DNA from: a virus
Taxonomy: Duplodnaviria > Heunggongvirae > Uroviricota > Caudoviricetes
Direction: 5' to 3' (one strand)
DNA length: 9,478 bases
Virus record (IMG/VR): IMGVR_UViG_2648501186_000020
Shown here: piece after piece, positions 6,200-9,478 of the stretch
Position numbering within the stretch: position 1 is the first letter of the stretch
Layout: each line of letters opens with the position of its first letter
Position numbers and translations under genes: made by a program
The notes under the pieces: model-generated
The model's input: the letters and a program-made list of their open reading frames with translations, nothing else
Told to the model about the DNA's origin: nothing
Databases searched by the model: none

Positions 6200-6400
6200 A
6201 TGAAAGCGTATTGGGACTCTTTAACCAAAGAACAGCAGGGCGAGTTGGCCGGAAAAGTTGGCTCAACACCTGGCTACTTACGGCTGGTTTTCAATGGCTA
6301 TAAAAAAGCCAGTTTTGTGCTGGCTAAAAAACTTGAGCAATGCACGTCAGGTGCAATTACGAAATCTGACTTAAGACCGGATATCTATCCGAAAGATTAG
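6200..6400 (+). CDS. cro: Cro-like HTH regulator, 66 aa
   Basis: ATG at 6200 with SD GGAGG 10 nt upstream. Small basic protein (MKAYWDSLTKEQQGELAGKVGSTPGYLRLVFNGYKK...) divergent from cI. The track's 167-aa form is an in-frame upstream extension that runs antisense through cI. Confidence 0.8.
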   Translation: MKAYWDSLTKEQQGELAGKVGSTPGYLRLVFNGYKKASFVLAKKLEQCTSGAITKSDLRPDIYPKD

Positions 6401-6431
6401 CAGAACACTTTCAATTTTTAACCACAGAACG

Positions 6432-6995
6432 ATGAGGCTAATCGTGGGTAAGCATCACTGGAAAATAGAAAAACAGCCTGAGTGGTACGTGAAAGCTGTC
6501 AGAAAAACTATCGCGGCGTTGCCGGGTGGTTACGCTGAAGCGGCTGACTGGCTCGATGTAACAGAAAACGCTTTATTCAACCGCCTTCGTGCAGATGGCG
6601 ATCAGATTTTCCCGCTGGGATGGGCAATGGTTTTACAGCGTGCTGGTGGCACTCACTTCATTGCTGATGCTGTGGCGCAGTCTGCAAATGGCGTCTTTGT
6701 GTCTCTTCCTGACGTCGAGGATGTGGACAACGCCGATATCAACCAACGCCTGCTGGAGGTCATTGAACAGATCGGCAGTTATTCAAAACAGATTCGTTCA
6801 GCAATTGAAGACGGTGTAGTGGAACCGCATGAGAAGACAGCAATTAACGACGAGTTGTACCTCTCAATTTCGAAGCTGCAGGAGCATGCAGCACTGGTCT
6901 ACAAAATTTTTTGCATTTCAGAAAGTAATGACGCCCGCGAGTGTGCAGCTCCGGGCGCCGTGGCGTGTCGTGACTGTGGAGAAACTAACGCATGA
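6432..6995 (+). CDS. Hypothetical protein at the cII position, 187 aa (possibly a YdaT-like CII functional analogue)
   Basis: ORF directly after cro. A GTG at 6444 with SD GAGG (6434-6437) may be the true start. C-terminus is Cys-rich ([14 protein letters not shown]). Stop TGA overlaps the next ATG as ATGA. Product assignment is a guess from position. Confidence 0.6.
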   Translation: MRLIVGKHHWKIEKQPEWYVKAVRKTIAALPGGYAEAADWLDVTENALFNRLRADGDQIFPLGWAMVLQRAGGTHFIADAVAQSANGVFVSLPDVEDVDNADINQRLLEVIEQIGSYSKQIRSAIEDGVVEPHEKTAINDELYLSISKLQEHAALVYKIFCISESNDARECAAPGAVACRDCGETNA

Positions 6996-7330
6996 ACAGT
7001 TTAACAACACACTACCGTCGCTCGCAACTGATTGCGCTTCCTGTACCGGGTGGAAAAGCGAAGGTGGAGTATTGCTATGCAGTGAATGTACCAGGTGACA
7101 GGGAAATTGTAACCCACAGCTTTGCAGAGTGGGCTGTGGGGGATTTCAACCGGCAGAAGGAGGCAGTCCTTTGCGACAAGTTAACCGCTGGTTCAAAGAT
7201 CACTACGGAGTGCCCGTCAGAGTCATTCGTTGGGAGCCGGAAACACAACGGGTTATCTACCTCCGTGAAGGCTATGAGCATGAGTGCTTCAGCCCGCTCG
7301 AACAGTTTCGTCGTAAATTCAGGGAAATAG
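6992..7330 (+). CDS. Hypothetical protein, 112 aa; conflicts with same-strand ORFs in another frame, see findings
   Basis: Strong SD GGAGA (6978-6982) and ATGA start/stop coupling with the upstream gene. The C-terminal third ([24 protein letters not shown]) has low-complexity character. Confidence 0.4.
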   Translation: MNSLTTHYRRSQLIALPVPGGKAKVEYCYAVNVPGDREIVTHSFAEWAVGDFNRQKEAVLCDKLTAGSKITTECPSESFVGSRKHNGLSTSVKAMSMSASARSNSFVVNSGK

Positions 7331-7350
7331 AGGTCGGTCATGAGCACTAA
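7129..7350 (+). CDS. Alternative small ORF, 73 aa, mutually exclusive with 6992..7330 over most of its length
   Basis: More protein-like composition ([34 protein letters not shown]). Ends 11 nt into the O-like gene. No obvious SD at its ATG. Confidence 0.3.
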   Translation: MGCGGFQPAEGGSPLRQVNRWFKDHYGVPVRVIRWEPETQRVIYLREGYEHECFSPLEQFRRKFREIEVGHEH

Positions 7351-8281
7351 ATTAACCGGCTATGTATGGGATGGTTGCGCAGCGTCAGGCATGAAATTAT
7401 CCAGCGTGGCAATTATGGCCCGCTTGGCTGATTTCAGTAATGACGAAGGTGTGTGCTGGCCATCAATTGAAACCATTGCCCGCCAGATTGGCGCGGGGAT
7501 GAGTACCGTCAGAACGGCTATCGCACGGCTGGAAGCAGAAGGCTGGTTAACGCGTAAGGCGCGTCGCCAGGGTAACCGCAATGCGTCGAATGTTTATCAG
7601 CTTAACGTTGCGAAGCTTCAGGCAGCGGCATTTTCTCAACTGTCAGATTCTGACCCGTCAAAATCTGACGTATCAAAATCTGACCCGTCAAAATTTGATG
7701 CGTCGAAATCTGGCAAAAAAGCGGGTTTTCACCCGTCAGAATCTGGCGGGGATCCGTCAGTAAAATCAAAACATGATCCGTCAGATAAAAAACCTTCTCG
7801 TCCGGACGCTTCGCAACCGGACACGCAGACGGCTGAACAGGATTTTTTAACTCGCCATCCTGATGCGGTTGTATTCAGCCCTAAAAAGCGCCAGTGGGGA
7901 ACGCAGGATGATTTGACCTGCGCACAGTGGCTCTGGAAAAAAATCATTGCCCTGTACGAGCAGGCCGCCGAATGTGACGGCGAGGTGGTTCGTCCCAAAG
8001 AACCGAACTGGACAGCATGGGCAAACGAAATTCGCCTGATGTGTGTGCAGGATGGTCGTACTCACAAACAAATCTGCGAGATGTACAGCCGCGTCAGCCG
8101 CGATCCGTTCTGGTGCCGTAACGTGCTCAGCCCGTCGAAGTTGCGGGAAAAATGGGATGAGCTTTCCCTGCGCTTATCGCCGTCCGTCAGCACGCACACA
8201 GAAAAACGTGAAGACCCGTACTTCAAAGCCAGTTACGACAACGTGGACTACAGCCAGATCCCGGCAGGATTCAGGGGGTGA
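7340..8281 (+). CDS. Replication initiation protein, lambda O-like (N-terminal HTH, repeat linker, C-terminal domain), 313 aa
   Basis: SD AGAGG with 6-nt spacer. N-terminus has the replication-initiator-type HTH (SVAIMARLADFSNDEGVCWPSIETIARQIGAGMSTVRTAIARLEAEGWL). Internal iterons encode a DPSKSD repeat linker. Sits at the O position after cro and the cII-position gene. Confidence 0.82.
   Translation: MSTKLTGYVWDGCAASGMKLSSVAIMARLADFSNDEGVCWPSIETIARQIGAGMSTVRTAIARLEAEGWLTRKARRQGNRNASNVYQLNVAKLQAAAFSQLSDSDPSKSDVSKSDPSKFDASKSGKKAGFHPSESGGDPSVKSKHDPSDKKPSRPDASQPDTQTAEQDFLTRHPDAVVFSPKKRQWGTQDDLTCAQWLWKKIIALYEQAAECDGEVVRPKEPNWTAWANEIRLMCVQDGRTHKQICEMYSRVSRDPFWCRNVLSPSKLREKWDELSLRLSPSVSTHTEKREDPYFKASYDNVDYSQIPAGFRG
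7652..7792 (+). repeat. Putative replication origin iterons inside the O-like gene: four in-frame tandem 15-bp repeats (7652-7711) plus three more spaced CCGTCAG copies
   Basis: GACCCGTCAAAATCT / GACGTATCAAAATCT / GACCCGTCAAAATTT / GATGCGTCGAAATCT, then CCGTCAGAATCTGG (7733-7746), CCGTCAGTAAAATC (7755-7768), CCGTCAGATAAAAA (7778-7791). Analogous to lambda ori inside gene O. Confidence 0.6.
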
Positions 8282-8283
8282 TC

Positions 8284-8709
8284 ATGAGTCTTTTGAATGA
8301 CGTTCAGAAATTCATTGAAGCCCATCCGGGCTGTACTTCCGGAGACATTGCAGATGCTTTTGCTGGTTACTCACGGCAGCGCGTTCTGCAGTCAGCAAGC
8401 AAGTTACGTCAGAGTGGGCGTGTGGCTCACCGTTGTGAAGGAGATACACGCAGACATTTCCCGCGCCTGACTGAGAGAGCGCAGGAGCCGGAACCACAAT
8501 CTGTTCGTGAAACCAGACCTGTGCGCAATTTCTATGTCGGCACTAACGATCCCCGGGTGATTTTGTGCCTGACCCGCCAGGCTGAAGAGCTGGAGTCCAG
8601 GGGCTTATACCGTCGTGCTGCAACGGTGTGGATGGCGGCATTCCGTGAAAGTCACTCCCAGCCAGAACGAAACAACTTTCTGGCGCGTCGAGAAACGAAG
8701 TATGAATAA
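8284..8709 (+). CDS. Hypothetical protein, about 141 aa, with a C-terminal PerC/Pch-like motif
   Basis: ATG at 8284 preceded by AGGGGG; a GTG at 8278 overlaps the O stop. C-terminal EELESRGLYRRAATVWMAAF resembles the PerC-family signature as recalled. Stop overlaps the next ATG. Confidence 0.6.
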   Translation: MSLLNDVQKFIEAHPGCTSGDIADAFAGYSRQRVLQSASKLRQSGRVAHRCEGDTRRHFPRLTERAQEPEPQSVRETRPVRNFYVGTNDPRVILCLTRQAEELESRGLYRRAATVWMAAFRESHSQPERNNFLARRETKYE

Positions 8710-9478
8710 TCTGATGGTCATTGATGGTATTGAAGTTCGTCGTGATGCTTATGGGCGTTACAGCCTGAACGATCTGCATCGCGCAGCAGTAGCATCTGGT
8801 GCAAATGCCAGAACCAAGGAGCCAGGAAAGTTTCTTTCCAGCCAACAAACTGTTGAGCTTGTTCATGAATTAACCAACACCCAGAATTTGGGTGTTGACC
8901 CGGTGAGTGTGATTCATGGGGGAAATGAACGGGGAACGTATGTCTGTAAGGAACTGGTGTATGCCTATGCAATGTGGATCAGCCCGTCATTCCATCTGAA
9001 GGTGATCCGTACTTTCGATATGGTAACCAGCGCGCCGGAAAAGTTATCCGGACAGGCTGCTGACAAGATGCAGGCTGGCGTGATTCTGCTGGACTTTATG
9101 CGCCGGGAGTTAAACCTGTCTAACTCATCTGTGCTTGGTGCCTGTCAGAAACTCCAGGAGGCTGTTGGCTTACCGAATCTGGCACCGCGCTATGCCATTG
9201 ATGCTCCTGCTGACGCGCCTGATGGCTCAAGTCGCCCTACGCTGTCGCTGAGTGCACTGCTGAAACAGTATGGTATCCGCCTTACGGCTAATCAGGCATA
9301 TCACCAGATGGCGAAGCTGGGGATCGTCGAACAGCGCGAACGATACAGCCGTACAGCGATTAACAACATCAAAAAATTCTGGTCGCTGACGGCGAAAGGC
9401 TGCATGTTCGGCAAGAACATCACCAGTCCCGCAAATCCGCGCGAGACGCAGCCGCATTTCTTCGAATCCCGATTCCCA
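8702..9478 (+). CDS. KilA-N domain protein (antirepressor-like, with an ANT/KilAC-like C-terminal region); 3' end lies beyond the window
   Basis: Open frame from ATG 8702 to the window edge with no stop (259 codons); absent from the track because it has no stop. N-terminal region (GRYSLNDLHRAAVASG...GTYVCKELVYAYAMWISPSFHLKVIRTFD) fits the KilA-N/APSES pattern. Confidence 0.72.
   Translation, partial: MNNLMVIDGIEVRRDAYGRYSLNDLHRAAVASGANARTKEPGKFLSSQQTVELVHELTNTQNLGVDPVSVIHGGNERGTYVCKELVYAYAMWISPSFHLKVIRTFDMVTSAPEKLSGQAADKMQAGVILLDFMRRELNLSNSSVLGACQKLQEAVGLPNLAPRYAIDAPADAPDGSSRPTLSLSALLKQYGIRLTANQAYHQMAKLGIVEQRERYSRTAINNIKKFWSLTAKGCMFGKNITSPANPRETQPHFFESRFP

Noticed and set aside
6589-7098. 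Plus-strand ORFs 6589..6819 and 6829..7098 in alternative frames of the cII-position gene
   Set aside because: Internal alternative frames without RBSs. Only the zinc-ribbon-like tail of 6829..7098 is flagged, as a finding rather than a feature.
7075-8497. ORFs 7075..7347 (-), 7360..7581 (-), 7581..7763 (+), 7729..7998 (-), 7847..8071 (-), 8043..8300 (+), 8312..8497 (-)
   Set aside because: All lie within or antisense to the well-supported O-like gene or its neighbours. The 7581..7763 ORF is just the iteron repeats read out of frame (RQNLT repeats).
8543-9457. Minus-strand ORFs 8543..8866, 8718..8972 and 9227..9457
   Set aside because: Antisense to the KilA-N gene and the preceding gene. 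His/Cys-rich improbable translations with no RBS.

Overview
Enterobacterial (E. coli-type) chromosome at the proA-thrW junction, with the left end of a P22-like lambdoid prophage integrated at tRNA-Thr (thrW). From left to right: complete proA; thrW; then on the minus strand a tightly coupled int-xis-yfdT-yfdS-yfdR-like early-left block. The centre of the window (about 4141-5285) is the part that does not fit a standard lambdoid map: a GC-rich, hairpin-dense non-coding stretch followed by an orphan 144-aa gene on the plus strand with its own terminator, convergent with a 68-aa first gene of the PL operon. I could not assign this module to any known family and flag it as the best candidate for an undescribed lysogen-expressed accessory or defence system. 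To its right lie a classical immunity region (PL/OL, S24-type cI repressor, OR/PR, cro), a cII-position gene, an O-like replication initiator with in-frame iterons, a small protein with a PerC-like C-terminal motif, and a KilA-N protein truncated by the window edge. No CRISPR array, rRNA or transposase was seen. All calls rest on reading the sequence and recalled family knowledge; no searches were run.
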